A DNA stretch of 64,000 bases from Eledone cirrhosa. Taxonomy: Eukaryota. Below the pieces are notes generated by a model that worked only from the letters and a program-made list of their open reading frames with translations, did not search any database and had not been told where the DNA came from. Below, one piece after another: positions 44,945 to 57,201 of this stretch. Numbering within the stretch: position 1 is the first letter of the stretch; each line of letters begins with the position of its first letter. Location: NCBI GenBank assembly GCA_964016885.1, contig OZ024759.1:24800001-24864000 (forward strand), written 5' to 3'. A program made the translations under genes and the position numbers.

Positions 44945-45352
44945 TACATTTTTTCACGCTCAGAGTTGCTGAAGCATGGAACAAACTGCCTGCGTCAATT
45001 GTTAGCTGCCGAGACACTGCATCCTTTAAGACACTCATGCTTCCCAAAATACGCCAAAACTACACCCGATGTACCCCTTCCATACACATGCACACATGTG
45101 TGTATCATGACTCGTGCACTGTTCATTTTACTGATGTTTGTGCATTGCCCTATGTAATGTACATGCACTTTTTTGATGAGTTGTGGTGCACCTGGGCACT
45201 GTGCACAATATTTCGTTATTGTTATTATATCATGACTCATACACTGTTTATTTTCCTGACATTTGTACATTATTCTATGTACTATACATGCACCTTTGAT
45301 GAGTTGTAGTGCACCTGAGCACTGTACACAATAATTTTATTATTATTATTAT
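44945..45352 (+). mobile_element. CR1/L2-like LINE 3' end
   Basis: HFFTLRVAEAWNKLPASIV; duplicated 3' UTR; (ATT)n tail. Confidence 0.75.
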
Positions 45353-45629
45353 TTCTCGGTCTGTCATGTCAGACTAACGAAGTTCATTTTTGTTCATAGA
45401 TATTCCAACTGGGGCTATCTCGTGTTGTTTAGTATTTCTGACATTGTATGTCTAGAATTACATGGTGTAATACGTCAGTATTTAACAGAATATAGAGTAG
45501 AGTGTAATTTGAGGGAGATATAGCTGCTATGTTTAGCAGTGAAAGGCTACCACTTCGCTGGCACCGCATGTAGATGTTATTCAGTTGCGTAGCTACAGTT
45601 CGGCCCATCTTCAAATAGAATGACTTAAG

Positions 45630-46550
45630 GAAGTATTCACTGAGGGGCCTTATGCTGCTTTCGCCAAGCTAGGCAAAGTGAGATTGGTGAGAGAGCAGGT
45701 GGAGGTATCTACAGCAGAAATACGGTGGTTGGTTACCCTAGCAGAGTTGACGGGGGAAAACCTTGATAGGGCTGTGGAGATGGGGTTGGTGAAGCTCCAA
45801 CAGAAAAATGACCATGAGCGAGCTAATCACACAGGTCCGTGTAGTGACATGAGGCATAGAGTGGAATGTTGCAATGCTAGCAGTCGACAGCGATTGACAA
45901 AAGTCCCTGTGAACACTCGGCAGCGGATATTCAAAGACTAGTGTTCCAGGGTCCACACATGGCAAGGAACTGAAGAGAGCCGAAGTCAGATATAATTTGG
46001 TATCAATGTAAGTGAGCAAGCCACTTAGGAATGTTCGGGTTAACCACCAGAGGTGATGGACGGAGGGACTCAAGCTGCAAAGAGAAAAGATGGACACACT
46101 GGTATTTGGGAGGTGAAATGAAGTCCTGGAACTGGGCACTGACATGGACAATGTGTGGGGAAATTGGTGGGCCACTATCCAATCACAGAGTGGTTTTGAA
46201 CAGCATGCAGCTATGTCAAGAGACTAGCGGACAGGGTGAGCTGGGTAGGAGAGGGTAAAGGCAGATGACCCAGTAAGAGGAAGCTGATAGGTCCCAAAAT
46301 CGGAGAATGGGATCGTATGATATGATATCAGCAGCATAGCACTAGAGGCTTACTCTAGTAATAGGCGGTGTTGAGGCCGCAGCCTGACTCAGGAAGAAAG
46401 GAGGACTGTAACCACATCGGCGCCCTGAGATGGAGGCTGTGACTCAGAGTTGAGGAGGTTGTATACGATGCATCATATGGGAGTGGATAGGACCCTGTTC
46501 CTAGCCAGGAAAGTTGATTCCAATGTAAGCAGACAAAGTGGTCGGAAGTT
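45630..46550 (-). mobile_element. Heavily decayed GC-richer LINE-like segment (possible endonuclease region)
   Basis: Abrupt GC rise and broken ORFs with weak resemblance to APE motifs; not firmly assignable. Confidence 0.3.
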
Positions 46551-47119
46551 GTGACATATTAGATAATATTGTCAAACACACATTACTATTCTAAAAGGAC
46601 ATTAGACAATACAGTCTTCAACATATCTTTCTTATATCACCTACCAATATTTTAGGACATTAGACAATACAGTCTTAAGTACAACTTTCTCATATTGTAC
46701 TCTATTGATCTAAGACAAAACCATCTTAACTCTTTAACATTGACATTATTTTATATTTACTATTGTATTTTTATGGTAAATACTTTATTCCACATAATTA
46801 TCTCGCATGATATTGAATGTATGAGCTTTTGATTTATTTTTAGAACAATACCTTAACATCAGTATGAGCAGCTGGTTTGATAAGGGTGAGAGAATTCTGG
46901 CAGGTTTAACCCTTTAGCATTTACATTGCTCTATATTTACTATTGTATTTTGACAGTAAACACTTTATTTCACATAATATCTAATCTTTGAGATTTTAAT
47001 AATATTTATTTTGAGAACAATACCTTAACATAAGTATGAGCAGCAGGTTCAAACGGAAAGAGGTGAGAGAATTCTGGCCAGGTTAAATACATCATTATTG
47101 TATCACATAGTTTTCCCCA

Positions 47120-48310
47120 AGTAAACTGAACAGAGGGACTGGATGTAGTAGTATAGTAAGTAAGGCAAGGCAGTTGGACCTTCGGGGATAGTTGCCAAGA
47201 TGCTGAAAGAATTTGGGATGGTGGGTCACATGATAGCCACCCTACAAAATGGTGCTATACCCAATGACTGGTGTAGCAGTATCGTCGTCAACTTCTACAA
47301 GGGCAACGGAGATACTCTAGACCAAGGAACTATAGAGGCATCAAGTTGGTTGACCAGGTGATGTAGGTCACAGAAAGAGTTATAGCACAGCTGATTAGGG
47401 ACCAAATTAAACTAGATGTGATGCAGTTTGGATTTGTGGCAGGTAAAAGTACCACAGATGCCATCTTCTGTTTGAGCCAACTGCTGGAGTACCCAGTTGA
47501 AAGGTAAACCCCTCTACTTGACATTTGTTGACCTGGAGAAAGCTTTTAACAAAGTCCCCTGTTCCATTATCTGGTGGGCTCTTAGAAAATTAGGAATAGA
47601 TGAGTGGCTTGTGAAGGCTGTTCCAGCCATGTATAGAGGAACAGTCAGCAAGGTTAGAATTAACAATGGCTATAGTGAAGGTTGGTGTCCATCAGGGCTC
47701 TGTTTTTAACCCTCTCCTGTTTATTATCGCTCTGCCGTCAATAACAGAAGAGTTTAAGACTGGCTCCTCATGGGAACTTCGTATGCAGGTGATTTAACCC
47801 TTATAGCTGAATCTATGGTAGAACTAGAGAAGAAATTCCAAATGTGGAAGCAAGGCCTAGAATCAAAAGGTCTTAAAGTCATCATGTCAAAGACAAAAGT
47901 CCTAGTACGTGGAAAGGAAAATAGGGCCCAGATTCCCACTGGGAAGTCGCCTTGCTCAGTGTGCAGGAAAGGAGTAGGTTGAAATTTCTTCCTATGTTAC
48001 AAATGAAAACTATGGGTAGTGGGATCTCTGAGAGGTTAGGTGCATTAAGTAACAAGAGCTCACAGAATACTAGCTCCTTCAAATGCCCAGAGGGCTCTGT
48101 AGAAATAATCAACAGTTTCCATTATCTGGATGACCAAACAGCAGTGGAGGAGGGTGTTTCAAAAGTAGAGTAGCCAGATTAAGAACAGGATGGAAAAAGT
48201 TCAGAGGGATCAGACGCAGTGTAAAAGAAAGGAGACTGTGATGCGTATGAAGGGTGACAGCTGTAAAAAAAGGTACAGGTGGGATGAGGTGATAAAAGCA
48301 GACCTTGCAC
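47120..48310 (+). mobile_element. Decayed RTE-clade LINE reverse transcriptase
   Basis: KAVGPSGI, NYRGIKL, QFGFVAGKSTTDAIF, FVDLEKAFNKVP, YAGDL, GLKVIMSKTKV, GWKKFR; multiple frameshifts. Confidence 0.9.
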
Positions 48311-49939
48311 AATTACACCCGGTAAAGTGGAAGTGACACAACAAAAACACCCAGCCCAACCTGTGAAGGGGTTGCAACAAAAGTGCCAGTTCACATTGCG
48401 AAGTGGTTGTTTTGGTGTCATGACAAGCAGCACACAGTCCACACTGTAAATGTGGTTGGTGTTAGGAAGGGCATCCAGCCATAGCTGGTTTCTACACCAG
48501 GGTGCCCTTACCATAGTAATTCTTTGTAATTTTAGAATTTCACTAAAATTCATAATAGAAATATATTTACTCCGAATTACTTACCTTCACCAATGTTGTT
48601 TATATAGATATACACTTGCAATTCCTCATTATTGTAGGAATTTGTGATGTATTGTTACACCTTACATTACCATAAATATACATTAATCAGTTTCCCATAG
48701 CTGCTGTTCTATATGTTTTACTGTGTCTCCATCATGACATTTCAGCGAGCGTTAGAAATGTTTAATATTTAATTTAATTTGGTTCCTATTCAGCTGTGCT
48801 ATAACTCTGTGCCCTTCATGACCTGGTCAACCAACTTGTACAGCTGGTCCCTCTCTTGGGTCAATATGTGACAAACTTTCTTCTTCTCATTCAGTAATCT
48901 TTCATAATGGCACTTCCATGCTACCTTCTTTTCAGCGTCATTGATATCATAATTTTTCAGGAACTCCTATTGCTCCTCTATTCGCCCTTCCTTGCTGTTG
49001 AAGGCGTCGATCAACATACTTCTAAATTTGTTACTATTTCATGGGTCTTTTAACTTCATACTCGTCTCCTCTAGGTTGGCTTCTATTGTCGGGTTCTTCT
49101 AGCTAACTACTGTATATGTATGTATATATATACTTATTGGTTTCCACCTGTCTATCTGGCTTGACCCATTGAAAATATGTTTAAACATTGCTCCAGTCCT
49201 GGTAGAATCAGTGCCCTTTAATCCTTCCTGTCCAGAATGTTAGCTCTATGGAACTCCCTGACAATATCATAACCTCAAATGTAGACTTTTAAAACATTTC
49301 CAGCTGTGACCATCCTGTGTTTATATGAGTATCTAAGACTATATCGTCATAAGTATTCTTATTTGGTTTAGAATGTGTGAGAGCCCAAGTATTTGGTGGC
49401 AAATTGAAAGAGTCGATAGAATGGTTTGCGGTATTTGTTTCGGCTCAATGAGTTCAACTTTGCATTTCATCCATTTGAGTTCGATAAAAAAAAAAGGTAC
49501 CAGTCTAGTACTGGGCACAATTCTTCCTCTCTATCCTATCCTACTCTGGAAGAAATCTGATGTATACTTCTTCCTGTGTAGTTAGCAGCCGAAAGTGTTC
49601 TTTTAAAAGAAAAAAACTTTATTTCATGTTTCTCCAGTAAACTCAATAGTTAGAGAGTTAATCCTATCCATGGATAGGGAGAGTCTGGTACTCAGTTTTC
49701 ATATTTTTATTTCCAGAAACAAGTATATTTACTTACATATTAATTGTATATATGTAAAAAAATACTAGTAGTTTCAAAATTAATATATATATATATAGAG
49801 AGAGAGAAACGGAATGAGAGAAAGGTAACACAGAATACATTTTGAGGCGTGTTATCTCACCTTCTTTCCGTTTCTATGATTTTTTTTTTAAATAAATAAA
49901 ATTTTATCTATAAGTATGACTAATTTACTTAGTAAAATT

Positions 49940-50081
49940 GTGGCGATGCACGTAGCGGTTCGGACTTCGTCGCCTACCTAGGTATGGCGTGACACATTCT
50001 ATGTGTCCGAAGATCGAATCGTTGCGAGGGCATGCGGCCTCGGCAGCCAGGACTATTTGAAGGCGCGAGCAATCGTTTTTT
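49940..50081 (+). pseudogene. Deleted mirror copy of the structured RNA-like segment
   Basis: Same sequence as 56739-56920(-) but missing 10 nt at the 5' end and ~30 nt in the 3' hairpin; retains TCCGA, which pairs with TCGGA. Confidence 0.4.
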
Positions 50082-52151
50082 ATTAGAATTATTTCCCCTT
50101 TATGGAACTCTTCTGTTACTTTTTTTTTTTATTGATTTCCAGGTTTTAAAAAAGATCATCTTGGATATTACGTTCTTTTAAAGAGGTATGTAATGTTTTC
50201 TTTGTATACAATATAACTCTCTACACACACCACATCATTATGGACATTTTATTCGTAGAAACTAAACCTCTTTATACATATATTTTCTTTATTGACATAA
50301 TTCGATTTAGACCTTTCCTTTTTAGAGACATACACATTCTTCACTAGACACATACCTTCTCAATATACAGCTACATTTTTATTATCTTCTCTATTTCTCT
50401 TGTTATCAATAAGAACATAGGGAGCTGGAGTTGTGAAGTGTGTGGTCGTCTACTGCTCTCTACATCTGGGTACATCAATACTAGGGGTTGCATAGGGAAA
50501 CGGCAATCATTTGCAAAGATTAAGCAATCAATATATATGTATACGCATTCATATATGGAAGTGTGCATGCATGTATATATATGTGTGTCTTTCGATATAG
50601 ATAAGTATATATGAATATACTGGCAGAGTCACACTTTACTATCCCAAGTATCAAGTACTCTTGAATAATGGTATATATATATATACACACACACACACAA
50701 AACAAAGTATAACAAAGGAAATCCTGTAGTTACCCCCTATTTGTATACATATATATATATATATATATATCATAACAAGTTATCGTTATAGGTGATCCAG
50801 TTAGAGGTTGTGAGTACTCCGTATTGTGGATAGTTTTAGTGTATGGTGTTGTTGGACACAACAAGAGGTTTCCTTAGTTAGGTAGCGAGTTCGCGAGAAT
50901 TCCCATGCAGGTTATTCTTGGAGTAATAATAGTGAAAGAGTGATGAATGACATGGTCGGCTGTACAAAAAGGATTTATTTATAGTATTAACAATTGTTTC
51001 ATTGATCAGGTGAGTCAAAAGGTCGCTAATCACTCGAAGTTGCCTCAGTCGACCTTAAATACAGTGTTTACCTCTGATCAGAGGTAAACTGTATTTAAGG
51101 TCGAGTGATTAGCAGCCTTTAGACTCACCTGGTCAATGAAACTTTTGATAATACTAGAAATAAAATCTTTTTGTACAGCCGACCATGTTATTCTTCAATC
51201 TTACACATATATATCAGGGTAAAGACCCTCACGATTGACCATGGGATTTTCATCTAGAAGTTCCCCTCCGAGACCGGGCAAGGTTGTTTGTGGAAGACCA
51301 GCTGTCTTCCCTCTCTACGCCACTGATGTTGTCCAACTCATTTCGACAGACTGATCTGGAGAAACGTGAGACAACGCTAGTAAATCTTTATTTTATATTG
51401 ATGAGTTTCATTTAAACATTTTCTGTTTATTTCCCTCCATAATGTCAGCAATAATTAACCAATAGTTTTGTTTAGCTGCTGCCCCACCTCCACGTTATGT
51501 TGTATTTCCAATGTAATGCCACCTCACATATTTCTCGGTCATATCAAATAAAATTTAGCGTATTTCTATATTATTTAAGTTGGCAAATAAGATAACATCT
51601 CTGTCTGACGACCGATCCAGACGTATATTATTATTGTCTATGATCCAGAAATCTTTGGTAATGGAGTAGTTATATTTTGTGTTGTTCACTTTCTAATATA
51701 TATATATATACGAGAAAACTCATCGCTATATACCCCCCACCCCACAGACATATATATATATACACACATACACACACACAGACACTTATATATATACACA
51801 CACACAGACATATATATATACGAGAAAACTCATCGCTATATACCCCCCACCCCACAGACATATATATATACGAGAAAACTCATTGCTATATACACACACT
51901 CACACACACATCATCATCATCATTTTACGTCCGCTTTTCCCTGCTTGCAAGGGTGGGACGTGTCTTATTCAGCACAGCATCTCTCCACTTGTCACGCTCC
52001 GTCGTCATCTCCACCGTGAGCTTCAGCGATCTGAGGTCTGATCTCACCACCTCCACACAGACACACACACACAGGCACTTATATATACACACACACACAT
52101 ATATATATATACGAGAAAACTCATCGCTATATATACACACACACACACACG

Positions 52152-52209
<58 letters not shown>

Positions 52210-52564
52210 GACGCACACTTATATATATATATACAGTTGGTAAATAATATACTTCCTTCTTATCTTCGTGTTGGAGAACTTTCTCTTTGTCAACATGTCC
52301 CAGTCAGTCGTTCGAGTGTCATACTAGATGTGCAGTCGTGCTTTACAATCATGAGTTCGATTCTCACGTGTAGCAACGTTCTGAAGGACTTGTGCTTGAT
52401 TCTGATAGTTACTTTACCATGGCAGAATCTCCTTTGGTCTTGCTATATTCTGGTTATTAATATTAACCAGAATCTTTTGAGAACTGTCGTCTCTGGCCAG
52501 AGTGAATATTTCACCCGTCTACATAACATAGAACCATTTACATTCTTAGTTTCTTTCTTTTTTT

Positions 52565-52600
<36 letters not shown>

Positions 52601-53170
52601 AATATACATGTTTAGTTTAATATTCTTTTAATTGATAATGTATGTAAATGACTTTCATTCCTTTTTACAGATGTCCAGCCATTAAGGTCATATGCTGTGT
52701 TATTTGCCGTAACAAGTGGGAATGTCGTAGTTTCTTTTAATAAATATACGAGAAAACTCATCGCTATACTCACACACACATCTTTTAATAAAGAAAGTTT
52801 ACATATTATATACGAATTGTATTCAGTTTATTTTGATAAAAATGAATAAAGAAAGTTTAGATCTTATATACGAATTGTGTTCTGTTTATTTTGACAAAAA
52901 TGAATAAAGAAATCAAGAGTCTAGAAGAAACCGAGTAAGTGTTTACGTAAGTGGTTACGAAGTTTCTAAATAAAGAAACTAAGAGTTAGATAAAGTTTCA
53001 TGTAAGAAACTGAGAATGAACAAGTTTCTAAATAAAGAAACTAAGAGGTAGATAAAGTTTCTTGAAAGAAACTGAGAATAATGAAGTTTCTAAATAAAGA
53101 AACTAAGAATGTATTTGAAATTATCGAAAAAAAAAAATCTATGTAATGAGGCTCCATTTTTTTTTTTATT

Positions 53171-53628
53171 AAAGGGAGGTAACTCTGTAATATTTTGAGC
53201 GAATTACCTCCCTTTGAAACACCTTCGTCACCGTCGTTACCACCGTCGGCACCTTCGTAACCGTCGTCACCATTACCGCCGCCACCTGGTGGCGGAGGAA
53301 AAGATTCCGACGAAGACGAAGGTGCACCGCCGTCTTCGTCGGTATCTTTACCGCCGCCACCTGGTGGCGGAGGAAAAGATTCCGACGAAGACGAAGGTGC
53401 ACCGCCGTCTTCGTCGGTATCTTTACCGCCGCCACCTGGTGGCGGAGGAAAAGATACCGACGAAGACGGCGGTGCACCTTCGTCTTCGTCGGAATCTTTT
53501 CCTCCGCCACCAGGTGGCGGCGGTAATGGTGACGACGGTTACGAAGGTGCCGACGGTGGTAACGACGGTGACGAAGGTGTTTCAAAGGGAGGTAATTCGC
53601 TCAAAATATTACAGAGTTACCTCCCTTT
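53171..53628. repeat. GC-rich nested-palindrome core
   Basis: 75-bp unit built from two inverted ~37-bp halves; axes at 53287, 53324.5, 53362, 53399.5, 53437, 53474.5 and 53512; flanking hairpins aaagggaggtaa...ttacctcccttt at 53171-53215 and 53584-53628. Confidence 0.95.
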
Positions 53629-54569
53629 AATAAAAAAAAAAAATGGAGCCTCATTACATAGATTTTTTTTTTTCGATAATTTCAAATACATTCTTAGTTT
53701 CTTTATTTAGAAACTTCATTATTCTCAGTTTCTTTCAAGAAACTTTATCTACCTCTTAGTTTCTTTATTTAGAAACTTGTTCATTCTCAGTTTCTTACAT
53801 GAAACTTTATCTAACTCTTAGTTTCTTTATTTAGAAACTTCGTAACCACTTACGTAAACACTTACTCGGTTTCTTCTAGACTCTTGATTTCTTTATTCAT
53901 TTTTGTCAAAATAAACAGAACACAATTCGTATATAAGATCTAAACTTTCTTTATTCATTTTTATCAAAATAAACTGAATACAATTCGTATATAATATGTA
54001 AACTTTCTTTATTAAAAGATGTGTGTGTGAGTATAGCGATGAGTTTTCTCGTATATTTATTAAAAGAAACTACGACATTCCCATTTGTTACGGCAAATAA
54101 CACAGCATATGACCTTAATGGCTGGACATCTGTAAAAAGGAATGAAAGTCATTTACATACATTATCAATAAAAAGAATATTAAACTAAACATGTATATTA
54201 AGTGTGTGTGTGTGTGTGTGTGTCCAAAAAAAGAAAGAAACTAAGAATGTAAATGGTTCTATGTTATGAAGACGGGTGAAATATTCACTCTGGCCAGAGA
54301 CGACAGTTCTCAAAAGATTCTGGTTAATATTAATAACCAGAATATAGCAAGACCAAAGGAGATTCTGCCATGGTAAAGTAACTTTCAGAATCAAGCACAA
54401 GTCCTTCAGAAGGTTGCTACACATGAGAATCGAACTCATGATTGCACATCTAGTATGACACTCGAACGACTGACTGGGACATGTTGACAAAGAGAAAGTT
54501 CTCCAACACGAAGATAAGAAGGGAAGTAGAAGTATATTATTTACCAACATATATATGTGTGTGTGTGTC

Positions 54570-54635
<66 letters not shown>

Positions 54636-54942
54636 CGTGTGTGTGTGTGTGTGTGTGTATATATAGCGATGAGTTTTCTCGTATATATATATATGTGTGT
54701 GTGTGTGTCTGTGTGGAGGTGGTGAGATCAGACCTCAGATCGCTGAAGCTCACGGTGGAGATGACGACGGAACGTGACAAGTGGAGAGATGCTGTGCTGA
54801 ATAAGACACGTCCCACCCTTGAAAGCAGGGAAAAACGGACGTAAAATGATGATGATGATGTGTGTGTGAGTGTGTGTATATAGCAATGTGTTTTCTCGTA
54901 TATATATATGTCTGTGTGTGTGTGTATATATATATATATGTC

Positions 54943-54981
<39 letters not shown>

Positions 54982-56738
54982 GTCTGTGGGGTGGGGGGTA
55001 TATAGCGATGAGTTTTCTCGTATATATATATAAGTGTCTGTGTGTGTGTATGTGTGTATATATATATATATATGTCTGTGGGGTGGGGGGTATATAGCGA
55101 TGAGTTTTCTCGTATATATATATATATATTAGAAAGTGAACAACACAAAATATAACTACTCCATTACCAAAGATTTCTGGATCATAGACAATAATAATAT
55201 ACGTCTGGATCGGTCGTCAGACAGAGATGTTATCTTATTTGCCAACTTAAATAATATAGAAATACGCTAAATTTTATTTGATATGACCGAGAAATATGTG
55301 AGGTGGCATTACATTGGAAATACAACATAACGTGGAGGTGGGGCAGCAGCTAAACAAAACTATTGGTTAATTATTGCTGACATTATGGAGGGAAATAAAC
55401 AGAAAATGTTTAAATGAAACTCATCAATATAAAATAAAGATTTACTAGCGTTGTCTCACGTTTCTCCAGATCAGTCTGTCGAAATGAGTTGGACAACATC
55501 AGTGGCGTAGAGAGGGAAGACAGCTGGTCTTCCACAAACAACCTTGCCCGGTCTCGGAGGGGAACTTCTAGATGAAAATCCCATGGTCAATCGTGAGGGT
55601 CTTTACGCTTATATATATGTGTAAGATTGAAGAATAACATGGTCGGCTGTACAAAAAGATTTTATTTCTAGTATTATCAAAAGTTTCATTGACCAGGTGA
55701 GTCAATGCTGCTAATCACTCGACCTTAAATACAGTTTACCTCTGATCAGAGGTAAACACTGTATTTAAGGTCGACTGAGGCAACTTCGAGTGATTAGCGA
55801 CCTTTTGACTCACCTGATCAATGAAACAATTGTTAATACTATAAATAAATCCTTTTTGTACAGCCGACCATGTCATTCATCACTCTTTCACTATTATTAC
55901 TCCAAGAATAACCTGCATGGGAATTCTCGCGAACTCGCTACCTAACTAAGGAAACCTCTTGTTGTGTCCAACAACACCATACACTAAAACTATCCACAAT
56001 ACGGAGTACTCACAACCTCTAACTGGATCACCTATAACGATAACTTGTTATGATATATATATATATATATATGTATACAAATAGGGGGTAACTACAGGAT
56101 TTCCTTTGTTATACTTTGTTTTGTGTGTGTGTGTGTATATATATATATACCATTATTCAAGAGTACTTGATACTTGGGATAGTAAAGTGTGACTCTGCCA
56201 GTATATTCATATATACTTATCTATATCGAAAGACACACATATATATACATGCATGCACACTTCCATATATGAATGCGTATACATATATAGTGATTGCTTA
56301 ATCTTTGCAAATGATTGCCGTTTCCCTATGCAACCCCTAGTATTGATGTACCCAGATGTAGAGAGCAGTAGACGACCACACACTTCACAACTCCAGCTCC
56401 CTATGTTCTTATTGATAACAAGAGAAATAGAGAAGATAATAAAAATGTAGCTGTATATTGAGAAGGTATGTGTCTAGTGAAGAATGTGTATGTCTCTAAA
56501 AAGGAAAGGTCTAAATCGAATTATGTCAATAAAGAAAATATATGTATAAAGAGGTTTAGTTTCTACGAATAAAATGTCCATATTGATATGGTGTGTGTAG
56601 AGAGTTATATTGTATACAAAGAAAACATTACATACCTCTTTAAAAGAACGTAATATCCAAGATGATCTTTTTCAAAGAACCGGAAGTAAAACGAAAAAAA
56701 GCAACAGAAGAGTTCCATAAAGGGGAAATAATTCTAAT

Positions 56739-56920
56739 AAAAAACGATTGCTCGCTCTCTCCAGGAGTCAGGCCAGCATATAACCAGCCTTCAAATAGTC
56801 CTGACCGCCGAGGCCGCGTGCCCTCGCAACGATTCGATCTTCCGACACATAGAATGTGTCACGCCATACCTAAGTAGGCGACGAAGTCCGAACCGCTACG
56901 TGCATCGCCACGCGAAGCCA
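56739..56920 (-). ncRNA. Candidate structured Pol III RNA or tRNA-Arg(TCG)-like pseudogene
   Basis: CpG-rich segment ending in T6; acceptor-like stem CTTCGCG/TGCGAGG, TCGGA-CT-TCG anticodon arm start, and several hairpins. Confidence 0.4.
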
Positions 56921-57201
56921 CAATTTTACTAAGTAAATTAGTCATACTTATAGATAAAAATTTTTTTTAATTTTTTTAATTATAGAAATGCAAAGAAAGC
57001 GAGATAACACGCCTCAAAATATATTCTGTGTTACCTTACTCTCATTCCGTTTCTCTATATATATATTAATTCTGAGACTACTAGTATTTTGTACATATAT
57101 ACAATTAATATGTAAGTAAATATCCATGGATAGGATTAGCTCTCTAACTATTGGGTGTACTGGAGCAATATGAGATAAAGTTTTTTTCTTTTAAAAGAAC
57201 A

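Larger units (their letters stand above)
49596..57201. repeat. Giant ~7.6 kb palindrome (inverted duplication, ~3.8 kb arms, no unrelated spacer)
   Basis: Mirror ORFs 50371-50568(-)/56253-56450(+), 50520-50705(-)/56116-56301(+) and 53169-53585(-)/53214-53630(+); homology extends from tgttcttttaaaag (49596) to cttttaaaagaaca (57201). Confidence 0.95.

Noticed and set aside
53290-53460. PacBio SMRTbell adapter at the palindrome centre (ggaggaaaaga resembles part of it)
   Set aside because: Only ~11 nt match, with no ATCTCTCTC/CAACAACAAC context. The arms differ by substitutions and indels beyond read error, so a missed-adapter artefact is unlikely, though read-level confirmation is still needed.
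53169-53630. Mirror-image 138-aa Arg/His-rich ORFs, and an alternative Gly/Asp/Pro-rich frame
   Set aside because: A by-product of a GC-rich palindromic repeat with 75-bp periodicity; TTG start and no recognisable domain. A remote coding origin of the GDDG-like flank cannot be excluded.
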